Part shown: piece after piece, positions 17,346 to 26,422 of the stretch
Layout of the letters: every line of letters starts with the position of its first letter
Position numbering within the stretch: position 1 is the first letter of the stretch
Assembly (NCBI GenBank): GCA_003133025.1
Contig: PKZK01000196.1
Span: forward strand, 1-37,148
Origin: Vulcanimicrobiota bacterium
GTDB taxonomy: Bacteria; Vulcanimicrobiota; Vulcanimicrobiia; Vulcanimicrobiales; Vulcanimicrobiaceae
Direction of reading: 5' to 3'
DNA length: 37,148 nt
Notes under the pieces: model-generated
Databases searched by the model: none
What the model was told of the DNA's origin: nothing
The model's input: only the letters and a program-made list of their open reading frames with translations
Translations under genes and position numbers: made by a program

Positions 17346-17921
17346 TTATTGTCCCGGCGGCTTGATGTGCGCCGGGAGCGAGTCCGGTGCGGGCGCGCCG
17401 GAATAGTGCGCGACGATGGCATTGATCAGCGCGATCGCATCGCGATTGATGCGGCCGGCGTCGGTGCGATATTGCGAGGGCTGGCCGCTGGCCCGGTACG
17501 TGCCGCGCTGATACGTGAACTTTACCAAGTCGGCGCCCCAGTTTTTGGCGTGGGTCGCGTCGCGCAACGCGGGCGCGGGGGGTTCGTGGCGCGCCGCGAG
17601 CAAGGCCGCTGCGGCGGCGCCGAACACGGCGGTGTTCCAGAGTGCTTGATGCGATTGCGCGTACGACGAATTGGCGCAGTCGACGATGTTGGCTCTCATA
17701 ATGCCGTGCAGCGTCTTGGGATCGGTCGTGGGATTGACGCGCATTTCACGCGCGGCCTGCCCCGACGCGCCGCACCAATTGGGATAGTTCGGCGCATAGA
17801 TGAAGCGCTGCAATTCCTCGTTGGAAACGCCGTGCGGCGCCGAGATGAAGGTGGCGGCGATGGTGAGCGAGGGTATCGCCATGACGAGCGCCGCGACCGC
17901 GGTACGCAGAAAAGTCTTCAA
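17346..17921 (-). CDS. Secreted hypothetical protein
   Basis: TTG start with GGGAGGA SD, signal peptide, one Cys pair; fills the space between flanking genes. Confidence 0.7.
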   Translation of the reverse strand: MKTFLRTAVAALVMAIPSLTIAATFISAPHGVSNEELQRFIYAPNYPNWCGASGQAAREMRVNPTTDPKTLHGIMRANIVDCANSSYAQSHQALWNTAVFGAAAAALLAARHEPPAPALRDATHAKNWGADLVKFTYQRGTYRASGQPSQYRTDAGRINRDAIALINAIVAHYSGAPAPDSLPAHIKPPGQ

Positions 17922-17945
17922 ACTGATCGTCCTCCCTGTGCGCTG

Positions 17946-18578
17946 CTAGTTGGACGCCCGCGGCCGGCCCACCCGGTAGACCGAGAGTATGCGGACCGCC
18001 GGATGAAGTCGCTGACCCTTCGCCGGGGCGTTCTGAATCCTCCGCACCACATCCATGCCTCCGATGACGTGCCCGAACGCGGCGTACCCATAGCGATCCG
18101 GACTGCGCTCGGCGTCGAGCACGCCGTTCGTGTTCCCGATGGAGATGAAGAACTCGGAGCCGCCGGTCCCGGGGTCTTTGTCGCGGGCGATCCCGAGCGT
18201 GCCGTCGCCAAAGTGTAGACCGCTCGTCAGCGTCGTTTCGAGCGGGATCCTTCCGAAGGGATAGGGCGCGGCGTCGGGCAGGTCGAGCCCGCCCTGGATC
18301 ACTTGGATCGGCCGGTGGGGAGCCTGATTTCCCGGCCGCACCGTACGATAGAAAGCGCTGCCGGCATACTTGTGAGTATCGACGTAGCGCAGGAAGTTGG
18401 CGACGGTCACCGGTGCTCGCGCCGCGTCGAGCCGCAGCACGATCGTGCCGAGCGTCGTCCGCATTGCGACATCGACGAAACGCGGCGCTGCCGAACCCGC
18501 CGCCGGGAAAGCGCACAGTGCGGCCAGCACCGCCGCGATTGCCGAGCGGCGCGCAGTCATCCGCAACGTACCGAGCAT
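17946..18578 (-). CDS. Exported cyclophilin-type peptidyl-prolyl cis-trans isomerase
   Basis: APVTVANFLRYV, FYR, VIQGG, SEFFI, GYAAFGHVIGGMDVV. ATG 18578 is preceded by TATTGT-N6 (leaderless geometry); alternative ATG 18560. Confidence 0.9.
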   Translation of the reverse strand: MLGTLRMTARRSAIAAVLAALCAFPAAGSAAPRFVDVAMRTTLGTIVLRLDAARAPVTVANFLRYVDTHKYAGSAFYRTVRPGNQAPHRPIQVIQGGLDLPDAAPYPFGRIPLETTLTSGLHFGDGTLGIARDKDPGTGGSEFFISIGNTNGVLDAERSPDRYGYAAFGHVIGGMDVVRRIQNAPAKGQRLHPAVRILSVYRVGRPRASN

Positions 18579-18693
18579 TGCGGCACAATATGCCGGAATT
18601 GCTCGCGACCCTGCGCTCCTCGTCGCGCCCGCTCGAGCGTTCCAGGAGATTGCACGGGCGCGCATAAGCGCTCGAACCCATGCGGATGGCGCG

Positions 18694-19605
18694 GTGAAGC
18701 ACCTCGAGCGTACGCAGACGCACGGCGTCTGGGACAACGCGATCGCGCCTGTGCTCCACGTCGCACCGGGCGACACGATCGAGGTCGAACTCGAAAACGC
18801 TTCGGGCGGTCAACTCGCGGCCGACTCCGCTGCGAGCGCGTTGTCTACCCTGGATTTTGCGCGCATCAATCCCGTGACCGGCCCCATCTTCGTCGAGGGC
18901 GCGAAGCCCGGCGACGCGCTCGTGGTCGAGATCCTGCATCTCGAGGTCGACGCCTGGGGCTGGACGGCCAACATCCCAGGCTTCGGGCTGCTGGCCGACC
19001 GCTTCACCGAACCCGCGCTGCGCATCTCGCGCATCGCCGGCGGCACGATCGAACTCTTTACGGGCATGCGTCTGCCGAGCGTCCCGATGATCGGAACGAT
19101 CGGCGTGGCGCCCGCCGAACCCGGCGCGTTCTCGGTGGTGCCGCCGACGCGGTACGGCGGCAACATGGACATCCGTCACGTCGGCGCGGGCGCGACGCTG
19201 TATCTTCCGGTGGGCGTCGACGGCGCGCTGCTCTCGCTCGGCGACGGGCACGCCGCGCAAGGCGACGGCGAGGTCTGCGGCACCGCGATCGAAACGACCG
19301 CCGTCGCGACGCTACGCATCTCGCTCGACCGCGACCGGCACCTGCCCGCGCCGATGCTGCTGACCGACGAGCGCTCCCAGCGCCGCGGCCGCGCGTTTGC
19401 GACCACCGGCGTCGGGCCCGACCTCTTCGCCGCCGCGCGCGACGCGACGAGCGCGCTGGTCGCGGAGATCGTGCGCCGCACGTCGCTCTCCGACATCGAT
19501 GCGTATCTGGTGGCGAGCGTCGCCGCCGATCTGAAAATCAGCGAAATCGTCGACGTGCCCAACTGGGTCGTCTCGCTGCACATCGACGCCGCCCTCCTCG
19601 ACTGA
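18694..19605 (+). CDS. Acetamidase/formamidase (FmdA/AmdA) family protein
   Basis: NPVTGPIFVEGAKPGD, GGNMD, GDGHAAQGDGEVCGTAIE. Confidence 0.92.
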   Translation: MKHLERTQTHGVWDNAIAPVLHVAPGDTIEVELENASGGQLAADSAASALSTLDFARINPVTGPIFVEGAKPGDALVVEILHLEVDAWGWTANIPGFGLLADRFTEPALRISRIAGGTIELFTGMRLPSVPMIGTIGVAPAEPGAFSVVPPTRYGGNMDIRHVGAGATLYLPVGVDGALLSLGDGHAAQGDGEVCGTAIETTAVATLRISLDRDRHLPAPMLLTDERSQRRGRAFATTGVGPDLFAAARDATSALVAEIVRRTSLSDIDAYLVASVAADLKISEIVDVPNWVVSLHIDAALLD

Positions 19606-19628
19606 ACGCAGCGGCCTCCGGCGGTGTC
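19603..19628 (+). promoter_or_regulatory. Candidate ECF autoregulatory promoter TGAAC-N16-GTGTC
   Basis: AAC -35 and GTC -10 motifs directly upstream of the ECF sigma gene. Confidence 0.45.
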
Positions 19629-19646
19629 ACCGTCCGTGAGAACCTA

Positions 19647-20144
19647 GTGGCACAATCTGCTTTCGACGACTTCGAGCGGCTCGTGCGGGAGAATCAGCGC
19701 GTGGTGTACCAGATCGCATTCGGCATGCTCGGCAACGCTTCGGACGCCCAAGACGTCACCCAAGACGCCTTCGTTCGAGCGTACGCCAAACGACACGAAC
19801 TGCGCGACCCCGAGCGCTTTCGCGCTTGGGTCTGCAGCATCGCCCGGCGGCTGGCCCTCAATTACCGGCGCGCCCATATCCGGGCGCGCAATCGGGAAGA
19901 GCGGGCCTCGAGCGTCCCGGCAGCCCGGGACGTGGAAGCCGAAGCCGAGGATCGCGCGTTTCTGCAAAGCGTCCGGCACGCCATCGACGCGCTGCCGCCC
20001 AAATTGCGTGAGACGCTCGTCTTGTGCGCCGTCGAGGGTTTGGAACCCGCGGACGTGGCCACGATGATCGGCATTCCACAAGGCACGGTACGCTCGCGAC
20101 TGCATCTCGCGCGGAAGGCGCTGCTCAGGGCGCTCTCCTCATGA
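19647..20144 (+). CDS. ECF RNA polymerase sigma-70 factor
   Basis: DAQDVTQDAF, FRAWVCSIARR (region 2); LPPKLRE...GIPQGTVRSRLHLAR (region 4). Confidence 0.92.
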   Translation: MAQSAFDDFERLVRENQRVVYQIAFGMLGNASDAQDVTQDAFVRAYAKRHELRDPERFRAWVCSIARRLALNYRRAHIRARNREERASSVPAARDVEAEAEDRAFLQSVRHAIDALPPKLRETLVLCAVEGLEPADVATMIGIPQGTVRSRLHLARKALLRALSS

Positions 20145-20632
20145 GCGAATGCCGCGTCCATGCACAGGAAATAAGCGACGTGGCGCTCGGCTCGGCAGCG
20201 AGCCCGCAGTTCGGCGCGCATCTCGAAACGTGCGCGGCATGCTCGCAGGCACTCGAGAGCCGGCGCGCGTTGGCGCGACGCCTCGGTGCGGCCGTCGATG
20301 CACTCGTCCGGCGGGATCCGCCGGCCGACTTGGCCGCAACGGTCGCGGCGCGCATGCGCACATCGACGCAATCGACGCGACGCTCGTTCGTACCGGCGTT
20401 GCGCGCCGGCCTCGCACTCGTCGCGGCCGTCGTCGCAACGTTCTTCATCGTCCGCGCGGTCGTGCCGCCGCCCACGCCCGCGACCTCGGTCGAAGCGCTC
20501 GACCACTGGCGTTCGCCGACGGCGTCGCTGCTCGAACCGCCGGCCGGCGTGCGCGTTCCGCCTCGCGGGTCCCGCGGGGAAACTCCACCATCCCATGCAG
20601 TCATACCGATTGGAGCACAGCATGTCTCGTAA
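20141..20632 (+). CDS. Zinc-binding (ZAS, HxxxCxxC) membrane anti-sigma factor
   Basis: HLETCAAC, single TM segment, WRSPTASLL tail; ATGA overlap with the sigma gene. Confidence 0.82.
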   Translation: MSECRVHAQEISDVALGSAASPQFGAHLETCAACSQALESRRALARRLGAAVDALVRRDPPADLAATVAARMRTSTQSTRRSFVPALRAGLALVAAVVATFFIVRAVVPPPTPATSVEALDHWRSPTASLLEPPAGVRVPPRGSRGETPPSHAVIPIGAQHVS

Positions 20633-21050
20633 CATTGCAGGCGCCGTCCTGGCCATCGTCCTGCTCGGCTCGCCCGCGCACGCGCAAACCGCGCCGGAAC
20701 CCGATCCGATCCACGACGCGCTCGTCTCACCCGACGTCGCGATGAAACACGCTCAAGAACTCGGCCTGAGTGAAGGTCAGATCAAGACGATCCAGACCGA
20801 CGCCGTCGATGCGCAACAACACTTCGTGCACCTGCAGTACCAATTGCGGGACGCGCGCGACAAACTGGTGGGCCTGCTCAAGGCGAGCAGGGTCGACGAG
20901 ACGCGTTCGCTCGAGCAGCTCGACACCATCCTCCACGTCGAGCGCGACGTCAAGCGCACCCAGTTGGGCCTGATGATCAAGATCAAGAACGTGCTGACGC
21001 CCGAGCAGCAGGCGCTCGCGCGTAAGTTCGCCGCCGACGACGGGAAGTGA
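20622..21050 (+). CDS. Spy/CpxP/ZraP-like periplasmic helical protein
   Basis: GGAG SD, signal peptide, ELGLSEGQ and VLTPEQ (LTxxQ) motifs. Confidence 0.82.
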   Translation: MSRNIAGAVLAIVLLGSPAHAQTAPEPDPIHDALVSPDVAMKHAQELGLSEGQIKTIQTDAVDAQQHFVHLQYQLRDARDKLVGLLKASRVDETRSLEQLDTILHVERDVKRTQLGLMIKIKNVLTPEQQALARKFAADDGK

Positions 21051-21062
21051 GCCGGCCGCCGC

Positions 21063-21587
21063 TTAGGCGAGCGGCGGTGCTTTGACCCCGGCCGACGCGT
21101 AGAGGGCGCGCGTGTCGTACAGCACGCCGCCCTTGATCGTGGTGCCCGCACGGCGCAGCGCGGAGATGTCGGCGAGCGGGTTCCCGTGGATGACGACCGC
21201 ATCGGCGATCTTCCCCGGCGCGAGCGAACCGAATTGATCGGCGACCTTCATGACGCGCGCAGGTACGATCGTCGCCGCCTGAAGCGCGGCCGCCGGCGTG
21301 AAACCGGCCTTGACGTAGAGTTCGAGCTCGCGCACGGTGTCGAAGCCGGGGAGCACGTTGTCGGTGCCCGCAACGATCCGAATGCCGCGCTCGTGCATGA
21401 TCCCCAGCAACTTCAGGAACGCGTCGCCGGAGGCACGATACGCCGCATCCTTGTCCGGCGGTACCGGGAACGCCGCCGAGAGCAAACCGCGCCGAACCTG
21501 CGGCGGCAACCAGTCCGCAACCTCGGCGAAGCCGCTCGATGCGAGGTCGCCCGAGCGCTGATACGCCGATTGATGAAATAACGCGAC
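21063..21587 (-). pseudogene. Amidohydrolase family, C-terminal fragment (5' truncated)
   Basis: IVAGTD, RELELYVKAG, ALQAATIVPA, GSLAPGKIADAVVIHGNPL. The frame closes at TGA 21588-21590, and the N-terminal HxH half is absent. Confidence 0.75.
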
Positions 21588-21640
21588 TCACGGCGAGCGG
21601 TAACGGGAAGTCGCCGCATCCACACCGAGAAGACCGTGAA

Positions 21641-22201
21641 ATGGGACAAATCGTCATCCTGTCGGGCCCCGTCGGCGCGGGGAAGAGTACGGTGGCGCGG
21701 GAGTTGATCGCCGCATCGGGCGAAGGCACCGCCTATATCGAGGGCGATACGTTCTGGTCGTTCATTGCGAAACCGGCGACGGGTCAGAGCTACCCGAAGG
21801 CCTTCACGATGATCATGCGCGCGATGACCGCGACCGCCCGGCACTTCGAACGCGACGGCTATGAGGTGTTGCTCGATTTTTCGATACCGCCGTGGTACCT
21901 GGAGGCTATAGGCAAACTTCTTCAGGGCAAGAGCTTCTCGTACGTCGTGCTGCGACCGAGCGAGGAGGTCTGCGCGGCGCGCGCGGCCGCACGCCCCGAG
22001 GGTACGATCGCCGACTACGAGCCGTACGCGGAACTGTACCGGGCCTTCGACGGAATGGAGCGCCATACGCTCGCCGACGATGCGGCGACGCCCGCGGCGA
22101 TGGCCGCACGCATGAGAGAAGGGCTCCGGGCGGGCGCGTTCGTGATCGACCCGGCGGCCGCAGGCGGATCGACAGCCGCGGTTTCCATCGAGCAACCGTG
22201 A
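21641..22201 (+). CDS. Small P-loop kinase (AAA_33/CPT/TmrB-like)
   Basis: IVILSGPVGAGKST Walker A, YIEGD, lid-like C.ARAAAR. Confidence 0.8.
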   Translation: MGQIVILSGPVGAGKSTVARELIAASGEGTAYIEGDTFWSFIAKPATGQSYPKAFTMIMRAMTATARHFERDGYEVLLDFSIPPWYLEAIGKLLQGKSFSYVVLRPSEEVCAARAAARPEGTIADYEPYAELYRAFDGMERHTLADDAATPAAMAARMREGLRAGAFVIDPAAAGGSTAAVSIEQP

Positions 22202-22322
22202 CTTCGATTGAAGAAGCGACGCATCACGCACCGGAAACCTCGTGCCCATGTCGACGGGCCTGCGCTCGGGTGCGATCGCTCGACTCATCGAAGCGGCGAC
22301 GCGCTAACGGCGCGCGGCCAGT

Positions 22323-23678
22323 CTAATAGCGAGCGCGGAGGGCGGGCAGCTTGAGCGCGCAGAGCGTGTAGCAACCGGCGTAGATCGCGCCGTTGACGAT
22401 CACCGGCGTCGCCGGTGCGGCGCCGTTGCCGAACGAACTCGCCCAGAGGAGCGCGCCATTTTTCTCGTTGAGCGCGGTGAGCCCATCATTGCCGTTGTTG
22501 CCGCCTCCACCGTCGGTGAAGACGATGCCGTCGGCCACGGAGAGCACGCCGCCGTTCGTGTAGTTGGCGTTAGCCGAATAGTTCCACAACTGCTTGCCGT
22601 TGCCGGTCGAGAGCGCGTACACGCCGGCCAGTCCGTCGTTCACGAAGAGACGGCTCCCGGCCAAGGCCAGCGAATCCACCGTTCGAGGCAGCGTCGTCGT
22701 CCATTCCTGGGCGCCCGTCTTTGCGTCGAACGCGACCACCTGGCCGTCGCTGCCCGCGTTTTCCGCAACGTATAGCATTCCGCCGCCGGCTATCAAGCCC
22801 TGAACGTAGACGCTTTCCGAGGCCGCGCACCACACGGACGCGCCCGATTTTGCGGACAGAGCGCAGATGTAGGTGCTGCCGGAGGGACCCTGACAGCCGA
22901 GTACTGCGAAGACGAGCCCGTTCGCGCCGGGCAACGGATTGCCGCTCGTATCGCCCGCATCCGGACAATGGTACTCGCCCGGGACATCCCAGAGTAGCGC
23001 GCCGGTCTTGGGATTGAGCGCCTCGGTATCCGGTTGCTCGTTGACGCCTTCGGTGGTCTGGAAGACGATGCGGCTATCGTAGAAGGTCGGCGACGTTCCG
23101 TTGACGATGCCCTCACATCCGCCACCTTGATATTGCGAGCATAGGTGCGTCCAGACGATCGCACCCGTCTTGCTGTCGACGCCGCAGAGCCCGGTGAGGA
23201 AACCGCTGCTCTGCCCGTTGCTGCACGGAGTAACGACGACGTTGCCGGCAACTGCGGCAACCGGATGAACGAAGTTTCCCCAAGAACCGTTGAGGTTGAC
23301 TTGCGCGAACCACTTCTGCGCGCCGGTCGTCGTGTCGAGCGCGTACAGGCCCGCATTCGACTGACCCTGGTCGTCAACGTAGGCGATGCTCCCATCCACC
23401 ACGATGCCGCCGGGTTGGACGATGCTCGAATCGTTCCAGAGAATCTGAAGCTTCGATACGTTCTTCGTCGTTATCGTCGTTTCCAAGGGATTATACGCGG
23501 TCTGGCCGGGGTCATACCCGAACTGCGGCCACTTTGCCGTGCCGTCCGTACCAGCGAACTGTTGCGGGTTGAGCACTTGCACGCCGGCGGCCGACGAGGG
23601 GGCCGCGACGGCAAAGGACGCGATGAACAGCAGAGCGCCGGCGGCGGCCGAAGCGCGACGAGAGTTTGGCACGGGCAT
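22323..23678 (-). CDS. Secreted PQQ-binding-like (BamB-type) beta-propeller protein
   Basis: AAGGAG SD, signal peptide, WPQFGYD...YNP.E, repeated ALD..TG...W motifs, 10 Cys. Confidence 0.85.
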   Translation of the reverse strand: MPVPNSRRASAAAGALLFIASFAVAAPSSAAGVQVLNPQQFAGTDGTAKWPQFGYDPGQTAYNPLETTITTKNVSKLQILWNDSSIVQPGGIVVDGSIAYVDDQGQSNAGLYALDTTTGAQKWFAQVNLNGSWGNFVHPVAAVAGNVVVTPCSNGQSSGFLTGLCGVDSKTGAIVWTHLCSQYQGGGCEGIVNGTSPTFYDSRIVFQTTEGVNEQPDTEALNPKTGALLWDVPGEYHCPDAGDTSGNPLPGANGLVFAVLGCQGPSGSTYICALSAKSGASVWCAASESVYVQGLIAGGGMLYVAENAGSDGQVVAFDAKTGAQEWTTTLPRTVDSLALAGSRLFVNDGLAGVYALSTGNGKQLWNYSANANYTNGGVLSVADGIVFTDGGGGNNGNDGLTALNEKNGALLWASSFGNGAAPATPVIVNGAIYAGCYTLCALKLPALRARY

Positions 23679-23750
23679 GACACTCCTTGGTGGCGGTGCG
23701 CCCGGTACGGGCGAACGTCCGGAGTGTAGCGCCCGCCGCCGCACGTCACC

Positions 23751-23784
23751 ATGGGGGGCGAAACCCCACCTTCGGGTAGGGGTT
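23751..23784. promoter_or_regulatory. Overlapping inverted repeats between the LuxR gene end and the propeller gene (terminator-like hairpin or operator)
   Basis: AACCCCACC-TTCG-GGT-A-GGGGTT hairpin (23762-23784) and ATGGGG-N7-CCCCAC (23751-23769). Confidence 0.4.
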
Positions 23785-23786
23785 GG

Positions 23787-26318
23787 CTATCGAAGGGCGC
23801 CGGGCAACTCGCCGGCGGACGCGCGAAGCTCGCGGCGCGAGCGCATGTCGAGTTTTCGATACGCGGCAGTGAGGTGTTTCTCGACCGTCTTGTACGTGAT
23901 GCCGAGCTGCTTGGCGATTTCGAGGTTCGATAACCCTCCCGCGGCCATGGCCACCACCTCCCGTTCGCGCGACGACAGCGGCGAGGTCTCCGGCTGCGCG
24001 CCGAGGCGACGCGCGTGCCAGGTGGCGCCGCAGCGCTCGTACAGGGCGGCCGCCGAGGCAATCTCGCCGGCGAGTTCCCTCGCCTCCGCCTCGAGGAGGG
24101 GATAGCGCAGCCGGTGGAATCCTTCGGCGGCAGCGCGCGCATGCTGAGCGGCCTCGGCGTCACGGCCGGCGCGGCGTTGTTCGAACNNATGCAGCAACGC
24201 TTCGGCGTCGCGCACGCGGCCGCGACGGACCATGAGTTCGGCGAACCCGGCTCCGGCTTCGATTTCGGGAGCCGGAGTAATCGCAGCTTCGCACGCATCG
24301 AACCAGGTCGCAGCCAGCGCATCGTCGCCGGTGTAGGCGGCGACGAGCGTACCGGCCGCGGATGCGAAGATCAGGTTGACGCGATTGTCGGTCGTCGCCG
24401 GAACGGCATCGAGAGCGGCGCGAGCGGCGCGCAGATCGCCTGCGGCGACGTAGCAGAGCGCCGCCGTCGCCTGCGTGCACTCCTCGGCGTGCCGGCCGCG
24501 CACTTCACGCGAGAGCCGCAGTCCCGCTTCGATCTGCGCTCGCGCCTCGTCGTGACACCCGAGTCCCGAAAAGAACTTCGCCCCGTTGTAGTGCACGCCG
24601 ATCACGGCCCCCGTGCTGAGTTCTCGCGCCGCGGCGAGCCACGATGCGTGCGCTGCATGCAAGGCGCGGACATCGCCGCTCAGCACCGCCACGCTGCTCC
24701 TGACGTTGTAGTAGCGCACCGCGATGTCGGTCGCTTGCATCGAAGCGGCGTCCACCTGCGCCAACTCTTCCAGTGCGACGGCCGGACGGCGCAGCGCGGA
24801 ATTGATCCAAGCGATGGCCAGATGCAATCGGCTGCGCGCCAGCCGTTCCGCCGGATCGATGCGGGCGAGCGCCTCGCGCAGCGGCGCGGTCGTATCGGTG
24901 AGGCTCATCGTGTACGCAGTCATCGCGGCGCGTGCCCGGCACGTCGCTTCGCGATCGGTCGCGCCGGCTTGCCGGAAGAGTTCGGCCGCGGCGACGAATG
25001 CCGCCATCGCTTCCTCGTTTGCCGCCAAGATGAGATGCCGGTCGGCCACCTTTTGCATAATCTGTCCGCGCCTGAGCGCGTCGAGTCCAGGCTGCGCCGC
25101 GGCGCGCTCGTAAAACGCAATTGCATCCTCGTGTGCGTACACGCGCGCCGCTGCGTCGCCGGCGCTCTCGTTGGCGCGGGCGGCCTGTGCGGCGTCTCCG
25201 GCCAGGGTCCAATGGTAGGCCAGCGCTTCGAGCGCGCGGCTCTCGGGCGGCGCCTTTTCGAGAATCTCCGCAATCGTGCGATGCTTGGCACGCGCTTCGG
25301 CGCTGAGAAAGCCGTCGTAGATCGCATCGCGCGTGAGGACGTGACGAAAGCGAAATTGCTCCGAGTCGAGTTCGTCGATCAGCTGCAGGTCGCGCGCGCG
25401 GCGCAGCGCCGGAAGCACGGCCTGCGCGGTCGTGCCGAGCGTCGCCACCAACAGGTCCAGGGAAAAAGAACGGCCGATGACCGCCGCCTGTTCGACGACG
25501 CGGCGTTCGTCGTCGCTGAGGGGTTCGAGCCGGTCGAGCAGCGTTGCGCGCAGCGTCGTGGATACGTCGGGCGTCAGTGCCGCTCGCGACGCGAGCTTGC
25601 GCGTGCGGGCGTGCTTCTCGACCGCGCTCTTCAGCAATTCCTCGACGAAGAACGGGTTGCCCTCACTGAGCCGGGCAACGGCGCGGCGCGTGTAGTCGGG
25701 TAATTCGATCTCGTCGAGCGCGCCGTCGATGAACGCGCGCAGTTCGGTGCCGTGCAGCGGCGGCACTTCGATCCGCGCCGCTCGAGCGACGCGCGCGATC
25801 TTGGCCACGAGTGCGGCGGCCCGACGGTCGATCTCGACCTCCGCCGCCCGCAGCGACGCGATCGTCAGAATGCGCGCGTTTTGCGTGCGCTCGCCGAAGT
25901 ATGCCAAAAACTCGAGGGTCGCGGCATCGGCCCAGTGGAGATCCTCGACGACGACCACGAGCGCCCGACGCTCCGCAATGTCGCGAAAGCGCGCGACGAT
26001 CGCCTCGGCCTGCTCGTGTTTCGACGCTGCGGCGCCGAGTGCGAAGGGACGGTCGTCGACGCGAGCGAGCGCCTCGAGAATCGGACCGTACGGCCGGCTT
26101 CCGAACTCCGGGCAAGCGCCCGTCGCAAAACGCCACCGCGTGTAGGCAAGCGACGCCGAGAATTCCCCGATCAGCCGCGACTTGCCGATGCCGGCATCGC
26201 CTGCGACCAGGACGAACGCGCCGTGCGACGCCGCGGCTTCGATGCGGCGCTCGTGCAGGTACGCCAGTTCCTCACGGCGCCCGATGAACGGCCTGCACAG
26301 TACGGGTCGGAGGATCAC
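23787..26318 (-). CDS. Large ATP-binding LuxR-family (LAL/STAND) transcriptional regulator; spans gap
   Basis: FIGRREEL, GDAGIGKS (Walker A), VVEDLHWAD (Walker B), GNPFFVEEL, C-terminal LSSREREV...GLSNLEIA...TVEKHL; nn at 24187-24188. Confidence 0.9.
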   Translation of the reverse strand: MILRPVLCRPFIGRREELAYLHERRIEAAASHGAFVLVAGDAGIGKSRLIGEFSASLAYTRWRFATGACPEFGSRPYGPILEALARVDDRPFALGAAASKHEQAEAIVARFRDIAERRALVVVVEDLHWADAATLEFLAYFGERTQNARILTIASLRAAEVEIDRRAAALVAKIARVARAARIEVPPLHGTELRAFIDGALDEIELPDYTRRAVARLSEGNPFFVEELLKSAVEKHARTRKLASRAALTPDVSTTLRATLLDRLEPLSDDERRVVEQAAVIGRSFSLDLLVATLGTTAQAVLPALRRARDLQLIDELDSEQFRFRHVLTRDAIYDGFLSAEARAKHRTIAEILEKAPPESRALEALAYHWTLAGDAAQAARANESAGDAAARVYAHEDAIAFYERAAAQPGLDALRRGQIMQKVADRHLILAANEEAMAAFVAAAELFRQAGATDREATCRARAAMTAYTMSLTDTTAPLREALARIDPAERLARSRLHLAIAWINSALRRPAVALEELAQVDAASMQATDIAVRYYNVRSSVAVLSGDVRALHAAHASWLAAARELSTGAVIGVHYNGAKFFSGLGCHDEARAQIEAGLRLSREVRGRHAEECTQATAALCYVAAGDLRAARAALDAVPATTDNRVNLIFASAAGTLVAAYTGDDALAATWFDACEAAITPAPEIEAGAGFAELMVRRGRVRDAEALLHXFEQRRAGRDAEAAQHARAAAEGFHRLRYPLLEAEARELAGEIASAAALYERCGATWHARRLGAQPETSPLSSREREVVAMAAGGLSNLEIAKQLGITYKTVEKHLTAAYRKLDMRSRRELRASAGELPGALR

Positions 26319-26394
26319 GTCATATCGATATTTCCGCGCGCGAAGCCGCGCTTCCGGCTGCCGGTCGCGCGCGGGCCGCATCCGTTTTCCATCG

Positions 26395-26422
26395 TCACGA
26401 TACCCATATCACGATACCCATA
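26395..26422 (+). repeat. Perfect 14-bp tandem duplication TCACGATACCCATA x2
   Basis: 26395-26408 and 26409-26422 are identical. Confidence 0.9.

Noticed and set aside
18303..20144. 613-aa ORF as an extended sigma factor
   Set aside because: The N-terminal part is an Arg-rich shadow frame over the acetamidase; the sigma domain starts at about 19647.
23471..24322. Possible split or pseudogenised LuxR regulator
   Set aside because: The HTH is in the same frame as the ATPase across the nn; the missing segment is attributable to the gap.
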